A stretch of 64,000 bases of DNA from contig DASPMY010000030.1 of NCBI GenBank assembly GCA_035626815.1, positions 1,903 through 65,902 on the forward strand, given 5' to 3'. The notes under the pieces were generated by a model. That model was not told the origin of the DNA. It was given only the letters and a program-made list of their open reading frames with translations, and searched no databases. Of this stretch, positions 38,604-47,447 are shown one piece after another. The stretch comes from Croceibacterium sp. GTDB lineage: Bacteria > Pseudomonadota > Alphaproteobacteria > Sphingomonadales > Sphingomonadaceae. Position numbers and translations under genes: made by a program. Positions within the stretch are counted from its first letter, which is position 1, and the number at the start of each line of letters is the position of its first letter.

Positions 38604-41600
38604 GTGCAAACCGAACCTACACCGCGCGACTCGCGCCAGGGGGAAACTGTGCCTGAAGCCAGCAAGTCCAAGACCGTCACCGTCAAACTACTTCCCCAAG
38701 CGAACGACGACAATGCCAGCGGGCTCGAGAACGGGCTGCTGTGGATCGACGTGCTGGCGAACGACCTGGCGCAGAACGCGGCAAGCCTGTGGTCGCTGGA
38801 CCAGGTCGATCGTGCGCTCCACACGTCGCCGCTCACCGCGGTGCAGCTGCTGAGCGGCGCGAGCGTCTGGTTCCAGGACGGCAAGGTCGTGTACGATGCC
38901 AGCGCCGCATGGGACCATCTTGCCGCCGGCGAGCTCGCCACCGACACGTTCACCTATAGCATTCGGCTGGCGAACGGCGCGGTGACCTATGCGACCGTCA
39001 CGGTCGAGATCATGGGCGAAGCCGACGGCATCACCGGCTTCGTTTCCGACGGCTACGTCGCCGATGCGACGGTGTTCGTCGATGTCGACGGCGACGGGAT
39101 GCTCGACGACGACGAGGACAGCACCACGACCGACGCCAACGGCGACTTTTTCCTCGACACCGCCCAGGTCGGCCAGCTGCTCGCATTCGGCGGGACGAAC
39201 ATCGACACGGGTCTTGCCAACACCCTGACGCTGGCGGCGCCCGTGGGGGCGAGCGCGATCAATCCGCTGACCACCCTGATCGCCGCGATGATCGATCCGG
39301 CGAACGGGATCGATGCCGGGGCCGCCGAAGCCGCGATCAAAAGCGCGCTCGGCCTGCCGGACGTCGATCTCCTGAGCTACGACATGCTGGCCGCAGAAGC
39401 CGGGGATCCCGATGCGCTCGCCGCGCAGAAGGCCGCGGGCAGCGTCGTGACGCTGCTCCTGGCCGCCCGAGAGCTGGGCGGAGCCGACGCTCCGGCGGCG
39501 GAGGCGGCCGTGCTCGATGCGCTCGCCGGCGCGCTCACGGCAGGGGATCCGGTCGCGCTCGCGGACACTGCTGTACTGTCGTCGATCTTCGCCGCCGCGC
39601 TGCCCGACGCCGACTACGCCGCTGCGGTGAGCTCGGTCGCCGCGGCCAATGCGCTGATCGAGGACGCCGGGAGCTTCGCCGAAGTGGCGCACGGCCAAGC
39701 CCTGGCCGCTGCGATCCGCGACACCGACGGCGACGAATGGATCGAGGGCAGCGCTGCTGACGAAGTCTTCGACGGGCGCTCGAGCGGCTATCTCGCCATC
39801 AACGGCGGCGACGGCAGCGACACGGTCGTGCTGGGCGGTCCGCGCGACGCGTTCACCTTCGAATCGCGCAACGGCTTCATCTACGCGGTGGGGCCTGATG
39901 GGGAGACCGAGCTCGATGCGATCGAGCGCGTGCTGTTCACCGATGGCGCCGCGACGATCCAGGAGCTGGGGCCGTTCACCGTCGAAGGAACGGGGAATAC
40001 CTTCCTCCACGGCACTTACGCCGACGACATCCTGATCGGCCATGCGACCGAGAACGACGCGGTTGAGCTGCGAGGCACCGGTACCGACTTCGCCGACGGC
40101 CGCGGCGGGGACTACGACCGGGTGGTGATCGACCTCGGGCTGGAATCCGCCGGCGCGACGATCGCCTTCACTGGCACCCAGGTTCTCGAGCTCACCTCGG
40201 GAACCAAGACGATCGCCAACTTCGAGCAAGTGCAGTTTCGCGACAGCGTCTTCGACGACACGCTCAGCGGCGGAGACGGCCAGGACATCTTTCAGTATCG
40301 CGGCGGCAACGACGTCTACGACGGCGGCGAGGGAATCGACTGGATCCACCTGGACGCCGCGTTCGAGGACCTGGTGTTCGCGCAAGTCGACCCGACCACT
40401 TACACCGCGACGGCGGCCGACGGCGACGTGCTGACCTTCCGCAACTTCGAAGGCCTGTTGAGCTACGCGACGCTGGAGTCCGTGACGAACATCGCGGCGC
40501 TGCTGCGGCTGCCGATCACCGGCACGCCGGGCGACGACTGGCTGGAAGGGACCGACGGTGACGACGTCTTCGCCGCATCCGGCGGGAACGACTACGTCAT
40601 CGGCAGCTCCGGGACCGACACGCTGCGGCTGAGCGGTACGCGCGCGGACTACGCGGTGGCCGCGGCAGATACCGGCGGTACCGAGATCATGGTCGTCGAC
40701 CTGCGCACCGGCGCCCCTGATGGCAAGGTCTACGCGCTGTCGGTGGAAGCCTTCGCTTTTGCCGACCAGACGCTCGGACTTGCCGATCTCGGACCCTTTA
40801 CCGTCACCGGAACGGTCGATGGCGACGCGCTGCAAGGCACTTACGGCGACGATTATATCTTCGGGCTGGACGGCGACGATCTGATCTACTGGTGGCCCGG
40901 CGGGAACGACGTGATCGACGGCGGCGACGGCACGGACCTCGTCCACATCGAGCTGTGGCAGTCGGGCGGGCCCGTGTCCTTCACGTTCAACGGCGACGGC
41001 ACTTATGCGATGCCGACGGGCGAGACGCTGACCCTCACCGCGGTCGAGGACGTTGAGCTCATCGGCGGTGAGCAGGGTGACACCCTGGTCGGCGGGGCGG
41101 GCAACGATTTCATCGTCGGCGAGGAAGGCGACGACTGGCTCGAGGGCGGGGACGGCAGCGACTCGCTGGAGGGCTACGAGGGCGACGACACCCTGATCGG
41201 CGGCGCCGGCGACGATTTCATCGGCGACACCGCGGGTAACGGAGTCGCCGATGGGGGCGAAGGCACCGACGTTTTCGCCGTGCTCGGTGAGCGCGACCAG
41301 TTCCGCGCCGACTACGTCGACGACACCACCATCCGGCTCACCGACCTGTCCGGCGCGGGCACCTTCCTGGTCCAAAACGTCGAGATCGTGCGCTTCTGGG
41401 GCATCGATGCGACGCCGGAAGAACTGGTCGCGCGCATTGGCGAGCCCGGGTCTGACTGGCTGATCGGCAGCGAGGGTAACGACCTGTTCCTCACTTCCGG
41501 CGGCACTGACTTCCTGTGGGGAGAGCTTGGCACCGATTTGCTGCGGCTCACCGGCACCCGCGCCGACTACTCGCTCACCGCCGACCCCGACGGCAGCGAC

Positions 41601-43571
41601 CTGCTCGTCCTCACCGACTTGCGCGAGGCCGATCCGGAAACCGGGCTCGGGCCCGACGGCGTCATGCACCTCTCGTCGATCGAGCGCCTGCAGTTCGCCG
41701 ACGGCAACGCGCTGGTCTCGGAGTACGGGCCGTTCACGTTCGTCGACGTCCCCGGCAACGACGGGTCCTTCCAGGGCACTTATTCGAATGACGTGGTCCT
41801 CGCCGGGGACGGCGACGACTGGCTGTTCTCGGCCGAGGGCACCGACACCCTCGATGGCGGCGAAGGGACCGACACCGCCTATTTCGATTTCCGGCGCGAG
41901 GCATCCGGCATCATCGTCGACTTCTCGGCCGCCTCGCCGATCGTGCGGCTCGGCCAGGCGGTGACGCTCGCCGGGATCGAGAAGTTCGAGGTCGACGGCA
42001 GCGACTTCGACGACACCATCACGCTCGGCGCCGGAGACGACATGGCGTGGGCGAGCGGCGGACACGACGTCATCGACGGCGGTGACGGCCACGACATCGT
42101 CATGCTCGACGACGGCTACAACGCGTTCCAGTTCACGCTCGAGGGGGACGGCTCGCTGCGCATCACCTCGACCGGGCTCGGCGGGCGGAGCTCCGACTGG
42201 TCGCTGGTGCTGCGCAACGTCGAGGGCGTCGTGCTGAGCGGCCCGCGCAGCGTGTTCGACATCGCGGCGCTGGTGAGCCCCGTCTACGGCAGCTCGGGGG
42301 GCGCCGATCTGAGCGTCGGGCCCGACGACAAGGTCATCATCGCCGGGAGCGGCGACGATCGCATCGACACGTGGGGCGGCGGCGACGCGTGGATCGACGG
42401 CGGCGACGGGGACGACCTCGCGTACATCGACTTCGCGGAGTCCGCGGAGGGCGTGTTCTTCCAGTTCGACGGCTCCGGCCAGGATCAGTTCATCGATCAG
42501 CTCGGCGTCACGCTGGTCAATGTCGAGCGCGCCGAGATCTACGGCAGCGACTTCGACGACCGCTTGCGCGGCGGACAGAACGACGACGTGGTCTGGGGCG
42601 GCGCCGGCAACGACCGGCTGTTCGGCGCAGAGGGCCGCGACATCGTGCAGGGCGGAACCGGAAACGACATCCTGACCGGGCACGCCGGCAACGACATCTT
42701 CCAGTTCGACTTCACCGATTCCGGCGACGACGTCATCGCCGACTTCATCCACGGGCAGGACCGCATCTATCTCAACGGCGTCACGATCGGCGAGTGGGCG
42801 CCGATCGATGGCGACGGCGACGGCGCTGTCGATTCGCTCGGCACGACCTATTCGACCGAGACCGCCGCCCTGGGCACGATCACCGTCGGCGGGCTCGACG
42901 CCCCGCAAGTCGTGACGATGCACATCGGTCACGGCGGGGACGACATCCTGATGGGGACCGACGGCAACGATTACCTGTGGGGCAACAGCGGCAGCGACCG
43001 GATCGTCGCCTCGACGCTGGGCGACGACTACATCGACGGCGGCCCCGGCTTCGACTGGCTGATCTTCAACCTCGAGAACGCGACGGAAGGCCTGGTGTTC
43101 AACCTTGCCACCGATCAGTCCGCCGTCATCCGCGGCGGGGTCAAGCAGATCCACAACATGGAAGCGGTGATGACCAGCGGCTCGCAGTTTGCCGATGTCA
43201 TCACCGGCGGCGACAACTTTGACTCGCTGTTCGGAGGCCGGGGCGACGACGTGCTGAACGGCGGCGGCGGCGACGATCAGCTGAGCGGCGACTTCGGCAA
43301 CGATACGCTGACCGGGGGCGCGGGCCGCGACACGTTTACGATCAACTTCTACGAGACCGGGGACAAGACGATCACCGACTTCGAATCGGGGGTCGACATC
43401 CTGCAGATCGATCGGAGCAACATCCTCTCGCCGTGGACGTTCGCGGACGTCGACGGCGACGGGTCACTCGATGCCTCGACGCATTACCAGGGAACCGTGA
43501 GCGGTCTCGGCAGCGGCGAAATCATCTTGTTGGGCGCGTCGGCAGAGCCGGAGATCTTCTGGGTGGGATGA
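38604..43571 (+). CDS. Giant RTX-type calcium-binding repeat protein (probable T1SS-secreted adhesin/exoprotein)
   Basis: 1655 aa. Many GGxGxDx nonapeptide runs (e.g. 'GGAGNDFIVGEEGDDWLEGGDGSDSLEGYEGDDTLIGGAGDDFI'). N-terminal 'VLANDL...DTFTYSI...VTVEI' is a cadherin/VCBS-like module. GTG start after GGGGGGA. Confidence 0.85.
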   Translation: MQTEPTPRDSRQGETVPEASKSKTVTVKLLPQANDDNASGLENGLLWIDVLANDLAQNAASLWSLDQVDRALHTSPLTAVQLLSGASVWFQDGKVVYDASAAWDHLAAGELATDTFTYSIRLANGAVTYATVTVEIMGEADGITGFVSDGYVADATVFVDVDGDGMLDDDEDSTTTDANGDFFLDTAQVGQLLAFGGTNIDTGLANTLTLAAPVGASAINPLTTLIAAMIDPANGIDAGAAEAAIKSALGLPDVDLLSYDMLAAEAGDPDALAAQKAAGSVVTLLLAARELGGADAPAAEAAVLDALAGALTAGDPVALADTAVLSSIFAAALPDADYAAAVSSVAAANALIEDAGSFAEVAHGQALAAAIRDTDGDEWIEGSAADEVFDGRSSGYLAINGGDGSDTVVLGGPRDAFTFESRNGFIYAVGPDGETELDAIERVLFTDGAATIQELGPFTVEGTGNTFLHGTYADDILIGHATENDAVELRGTGTDFADGRGGDYDRVVIDLGLESAGATIAFTGTQVLELTSGTKTIANFEQVQFRDSVFDDTLSGGDGQDIFQYRGGNDVYDGGEGIDWIHLDAAFEDLVFAQVDPTTYTATAADGDVLTFRNFEGLLSYATLESVTNIAALLRLPITGTPGDDWLEGTDGDDVFAASGGNDYVIGSSGTDTLRLSGTRADYAVAAADTGGTEIMVVDLRTGAPDGKVYALSVEAFAFADQTLGLADLGPFTVTGTVDGDALQGTYGDDYIFGLDGDDLIYWWPGGNDVIDGGDGTDLVHIELWQSGGPVSFTFNGDGTYAMPTGETLTLTAVEDVELIGGEQGDTLVGGAGNDFIVGEEGDDWLEGGDGSDSLEGYEGDDTLIGGAGDDFIGDTAGNGVADGGEGTDVFAVLGERDQFRADYVDDTTIRLTDLSGAGTFLVQNVEIVRFWGIDATPEELVARIGEPGSDWLIGSEGNDLFLTSGGTDFLWGELGTDLLRLTGTRADYSLTADPDGSDLLVLTDLREADPETGLGPDGVMHLSSIERLQFADGNALVSEYGPFTFVDVPGNDGSFQGTYSNDVVLAGDGDDWLFSAEGTDTLDGGEGTDTAYFDFRREASGIIVDFSAASPIVRLGQAVTLAGIEKFEVDGSDFDDTITLGAGDDMAWASGGHDVIDGGDGHDIVMLDDGYNAFQFTLEGDGSLRITSTGLGGRSSDWSLVLRNVEGVVLSGPRSVFDIAALVSPVYGSSGGADLSVGPDDKVIIAGSGDDRIDTWGGGDAWIDGGDGDDLAYIDFAESAEGVFFQFDGSGQDQFIDQLGVTLVNVERAEIYGSDFDDRLRGGQNDDVVWGGAGNDRLFGAEGRDIVQGGTGNDILTGHAGNDIFQFDFTDSGDDVIADFIHGQDRIYLNGVTIGEWAPIDGDGDGAVDSLGTTYSTETAALGTITVGGLDAPQVVTMHIGHGGDDILMGTDGNDYLWGNSGSDRIVASTLGDDYIDGGPGFDWLIFNLENATEGLVFNLATDQSAVIRGGVKQIHNMEAVMTSGSQFADVITGGDNFDSLFGGRGDDVLNGGGGDDQLSGDFGNDTLTGGAGRDTFTINFYETGDKTITDFESGVDILQIDRSNILSPWTFADVDGDGSLDASTHYQGTVSGLGSGEIILLGASAEPEIFWVG

Positions 43572-43794
43572 TGCTCGGAGAGTGAACCTCCGAACGCCGC
43601 AAGGCCGCCGCGATGACGCTTGGACCCCGGGCGTTCCTAGACGACGGCGGACCCGGGCCGCCGCGTGCGCAGGTCACAAGTCCACTGCGGAACATAACGT
43701 GTGACCGGAGAACCATCTGCGCCGAAGAGGCTGAACGACGCGTCGGGGCCTAACGTGAGAACTATGTGACCCCAATCCAAGGCCCGGCGCGCCG

Positions 43795-44322
43795 TCAAAC
43801 CAGCGCGTAGTAGCGGAGCAGGTTGCCGTCCGCGCGGCGCTCGCCGACGCCGACGAAGACGTGCTTGGTCAGCCAGTCGTGCTTGCCGCTGGGCACCTCG
43901 AACGTCGGGTTGCCGCGCAAGTAATACTCCTCCGCCGGGACGGGTCCGCCATTGGCAAAAGCCCACTCGCGCAGGCGGCTCATGGTGTCGGGCGTGCGGC
44001 CCCACAGGTAGCCGCGGTTGGTGAGCAGGATCGGCGTGCCGTCGTCCTCCTCGAGCAGGTAGCGGGCATCGAACACCGCGACATCGTCGGGGCGGAAATA
44101 GGCGTAGTCGCCGCCCGAACCGGGCACCGCGCGGCCGTTGAGCAGCGGTCCCGCGAAAGTCCCGCCGCTGACCAGCACCGCGCTGCGGTTGCCGCCGCTC
44201 GGCACGTTGGCCAGCGTGTAGACCTCGGGAAACGTCAGCCGCACTTCCATCACGAACTCGAGCCGCGGGTTGTCGAGCGTCGAGAACGGGCCGGCGAACG
44301 GGGTGGTGTCGTTGAAGTCCAT
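43795..44322 (-). CDS. DUF3237 family protein
   Basis: 175 aa. 'VSGGTFAGPLLNGRAVPGSGGDYAYFRPDDVAVFDARYLLEEDDGTPILLTNRG' matches the DUF3237/UPF0311 pattern. Confidence 0.7.
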   Translation of the reverse strand: MDFNDTTPFAGPFSTLDNPRLEFVMEVRLTFPEVYTLANVPSGGNRSAVLVSGGTFAGPLLNGRAVPGSGGDYAYFRPDDVAVFDARYLLEEDDGTPILLTNRGYLWGRTPDTMSRLREWAFANGGPVPAEEYYLRGNPTFEVPSGKHDWLTKHVFVGVGERRADGNLLRYYALV

Positions 44323-44441
44323 CGCTGCCCCCTATCCGTTCGTGTCGAGCGAAGGCCGCAGGCCGTAGGCGAGATACCTCGCGGCCGCGCGCACGTGTCT
44401 CGACTGCGCTCGACACGAACGGGTTTGGCGCGCCCGGCACA

Positions 44442-45191
44442 TCAGCGCAGCTCTATCAGGCCGCCGTCGACGAACAAGTTGGCGCCGGTGATGAAGGCCG
44501 CGTCGTCGCTCGCCAGGAACAGCACCGCTTTGGCCACCTCGTCGGCCTCGCCCATGCGGTGCATCGGAATGTTGTCGACCATCATCTGCTTGAGCGCGGC
44601 GACGTCGGCCTCGCTCATGCCGGGATTGCGATAGAGCAGCGGCGTGTCGATCGGTCCGGGGCTGACCACGTTGAGCCGGATGCCCTCGTCGACCAGCTCC
44701 TTGGCGAAGACCTTCATCGCCATGTGCAGCCCGGCCTTGGCGGCGGCATAGGCGCCGTTGCCGGCGAGCGCGCCGTGCGCGCCGATCGAGCCGGTGACGA
44801 CCACCGCGGCGCCGCGCTTCATCAGCGGCAGCGCCTTCTGCAGCGCGAACACGCAACCCCTGAGGTTGACCGAATGCACCTGGTCCCAAGCGTGCTCGGT
44901 GATCGCCCGCAGCGGGGCGAAGCCGCCGATGCCGGCGTTGACGAACAGCACGTCGATGCGCCCGTCGGTCTCGCCGATCGCCGCGTAGACCGCGTCCATC
45001 TGCGCGAGGTCGGCGATGTCGGCGCGGTAGCCGCGCGCGCCCGGCATGCCGGCCACCGCCGCATCGAGCGTCTTGCGGTGGCGCCCGGTGATGCGCACGG
45101 CGGCGCCCTCGGCGGCGAACGCGCGGGCGCTGGCGAGGCCGATCCCGCTGTTGCCGCCGAGCACGACCACGACTTTGTCCTGGAAACGCAT
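44442..45191 (-). CDS. Short-chain dehydrogenase/reductase
   Basis: 'VVVVLGGNSGIG', 'NAGIG', 'YAAAKAG'. The ATG at 45191 has an AAGGAGG RBS. Confidence 0.9.
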   Translation of the reverse strand: MRFQDKVVVVLGGNSGIGLASARAFAAEGAAVRITGRHRKTLDAAVAGMPGARGYRADIADLAQMDAVYAAIGETDGRIDVLFVNAGIGGFAPLRAITEHAWDQVHSVNLRGCVFALQKALPLMKRGAAVVVTGSIGAHGALAGNGAYAAAKAGLHMAMKVFAKELVDEGIRLNVVSPGPIDTPLLYRNPGMSEADVAALKQMMVDNIPMHRMGEADEVAKAVLFLASDDAAFITGANLFVDGGLIELR

Positions 45192-45212
45192 AGGCCCTCC
45201 TTTATCCCGCTC

Positions 45213-45358
45213 CGTCACCCTGAACTCGTTTCGGGGTCCATCCCGCCACCCACCCGGTGCCCTCGGCGTGGAACCGGCCTAACCGCGAGCTGGCGTGAGC
45301 CGCAAAGCGCCAGGCTCGGCGGCACGATGAACCCTGAAACAAGTCCAGCATTACGATG
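45213..45358. repeat. REP-like inverted repeat ('gtcaccctgaac..tttcggggtcc' type)
   Basis: The left arm 'cgtcaccctgaactcgtttcggggtccatc' and right arm 'gatgaaccctgaaacaagtccagcattacgatg' are imperfect reverse complements, about 85 nt apart. Confidence 0.6.
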
Positions 45359-45379
45359 AAGGGGTGGCGAAGGTCATCA

Positions 45380-45769
45380 TCAGAACGGCCCGATCGGATT
45401 GGGACCACCTTCGACCACGTCCTGCATCACGTCCCAGTGCTCGGCGATCAGCCCGTCCTCCACCCGGAACACGTCGATCACCGCCCACCCGCGATCGTCC
45501 GGCCAGCGGCGGACGTGGTAATGGACGATCACGTGATCGCCGTCCACGAAGGCGCGCTTGACGTCGTGGACGGCCTCGGGCGTCTCGGCCCGGATCCTGT
45601 CGAGGAAGCGCTTGAGGCCGTCGCGGCCGGGCTCGGCGAGCTGGTTGTGCTGGATGTAGCCGGGGGCGATGAACCGGTCGACCGCGCTCGAGTCCATCGG
45701 CTCGAGGACCGCCTCGAACATCGCGAGCACCAGGTTGAGATTGGCCTCTTCCTGCGGCGTCCGGCTCAT
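45380..45769 (-). CDS. NTF2/SnoaL-like (polyketide-cyclase-like) protein
   Basis: ATGA overlap with the GMC oxidoreductase stop. 'EANLNLVLAMFEAVL...FIAPGYIQHN' is a SnoaL-type sequence. Confidence 0.7.
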   Translation of the reverse strand: MSRTPQEEANLNLVLAMFEAVLEPMDSSAVDRFIAPGYIQHNQLAEPGRDGLKRFLDRIRAETPEAVHDVKRAFVDGDHVIVHYHVRRWPDDRGWAVIDVFRVEDGLIAEHWDVMQDVVEGGPNPIGPF

Positions 45770-47400
45770 GCGGCCAGCTCGGCCCGCGGCAGCGCCTGGC
45801 CCCTGATCAGGTCGGCGGCCTTCTCGCCGATCATGATGCACGGCAGGTTGGTATTGCCGCCGGGCACCGTCGGCATCACCGAGGCGTCGGCGACGCGCAG
45901 GCCCTCGACCCCGATCACGCGCAATTCCGGATCGACCACCGAGCGTGTCCCCATGCCCATCGCGCACGTGCTGGTCGGGTGCTGCGCGCAATAGCAGGTG
46001 GCGCGGACGAACGCGTCGAGCGCGTCATCGCTCTGCACCGCCTCGCCGGGCATCCGCTCGCTCGCCAGCAGGTCGCCCATCGGCGGGGTGTTGTAGATCC
46101 GCCGCGCCGTCCGGATCGCGCGGCGCATCTGCTCGCGGTCGGCTTCCTCGGCCATCAGGTTGAGCGTCACCGCGGCGAGCTCGCGCGGGTCGGCGCTCTT
46201 CAGCTCGACCCAGCCGCGGCTCTCGGGATGGAGCTGGACCACCCCGGCCCAGAACACGTGCTCCTGCACCGCGCGGATGCCGGGGAACCACGGCGCGGCG
46301 TCGAAGCGGATCGGGTTGACCATGATCTGCAGGTCGGGCCGCTCGAGGTGCTCGGCGGTGCGGATCACCACGTTGCAGGAATTGACCTGCGTCGCCATCG
46401 TCCCCCTGCCGGTCAGCGCCCAGCGCGCGGTGTTAAGCAGGATGCGGTCCCACCGGAGCTGGTTGAGGAAAGTGACCGGCTCCCGCGCATTCCATTCGAG
46501 CGAGGCGGTCGGGTGCTCCTGCAGGTTGCGGCCGACGCCGGGGCTGTCGTGCACGACGGAGATGCCATGATCCTGCAAGTGGGCGGCCGGACCGACGCCC
46601 GAGAGCATCAGCAAGTGCGGCGAGTTGTAGGCACCGCCCGAAACGATCACCTCGCACCGCGCGCGCAGCACCCTCGGCTGGCCGCCATGGTCGATCTCGA
46701 CGCCGACGCAGCGCTTGCCCTCGAACACCAGCTTGCGCACCAGCACGCCCGAGCGGACGTCGAGGTTGCGGCGCCCCATCGCCGGCTTGAGGTAGGCGGT
46801 CGCGGCGCTGACCCGGCGGCCCTGTCGGTCGACAGTCTGCTCGCCGCGGGCGAAGCCTTCGGGGCGCTCGCCGGCGAGGTCGTCGCTGGTCGCGAACCCG
46901 GCGGCCTCGGCGGTCGCCATCATCTCGTCGTGGAGCAGGTGCGCGGAATCGATCGGCCGCACGTGCACCGGGCCGCCCTGGCCGTGCCACTCGCTCTCCC
47001 CGCGCCACGAATCCTCGGACTTGCGGAAGTACGGCAGCACGTCGGCGAACGACCACCCGGCGGCGCCCATCTGCGCCCACTGGTCGTAGTCCTTGGGGTG
47101 CCCGCGCATCGCGAACATGCCGTTGATCGAGCCCGACCCGCCGATCACCCGCCCGCGCGGCAGCGGCATGCGCCGCCCGTCGAGGTGCGGCTCGGGCTCG
47201 GTCCAGTAGGTCCAGTTGAACCGCGGATCGGGCATCGCCTTGAGGAAGGCGAGCGGCATCCTGAGGTAGAGGTGGTCGTCCCGCCCGCCCGCCTCGAGCA
47301 GCAGCACGTTGGCCCGTGAATCCTCGCTCAGCCGCGCGGCGACGACGCAGCCCGAGCTGCCCGCGCCGACGACGATGTAGTCGAAGCTCTCGCCAGCCAT
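45766..47400 (-). CDS. GMC-family FAD oxidoreductase (choline dehydrogenase-like)
   Basis: 'FDYIVVGAGSSGCVVAARLSED', 'GGSGSINGM' and C-terminal 'LRVADASVMPTVPGGNTN'. Confidence 0.9.
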   Translation of the reverse strand: MAGESFDYIVVGAGSSGCVVAARLSEDSRANVLLLEAGGRDDHLYLRMPLAFLKAMPDPRFNWTYWTEPEPHLDGRRMPLPRGRVIGGSGSINGMFAMRGHPKDYDQWAQMGAAGWSFADVLPYFRKSEDSWRGESEWHGQGGPVHVRPIDSAHLLHDEMMATAEAAGFATSDDLAGERPEGFARGEQTVDRQGRRVSAATAYLKPAMGRRNLDVRSGVLVRKLVFEGKRCVGVEIDHGGQPRVLRARCEVIVSGGAYNSPHLLMLSGVGPAAHLQDHGISVVHDSPGVGRNLQEHPTASLEWNAREPVTFLNQLRWDRILLNTARWALTGRGTMATQVNSCNVVIRTAEHLERPDLQIMVNPIRFDAAPWFPGIRAVQEHVFWAGVVQLHPESRGWVELKSADPRELAAVTLNLMAEEADREQMRRAIRTARRIYNTPPMGDLLASERMPGEAVQSDDALDAFVRATCYCAQHPTSTCAMGMGTRSVVDPELRVIGVEGLRVADASVMPTVPGGNTNLPCIMIGEKAADLIRGQALPRAELAA

Positions 47401-47447
47401 TCCTGCTCGCTAACGATCGTTACGATCGCTGGCAAGGCGGGCGGGCG

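Noticed and set aside
38604-43571. Idea that the giant RTX protein is the cargo of the nearby C39-ABC/HlyD/OMF system.
   Set aside because: The ABC N-terminal domain retains the catalytic Cys and His of true bacteriocin-processing C39 peptidases. It closely parallels CvaB. The RTX protein has no N-terminal GG leader. RTX exporters usually carry a degenerate C39-like domain or none. A GG-leader peptide is encoded right next to the exporter.
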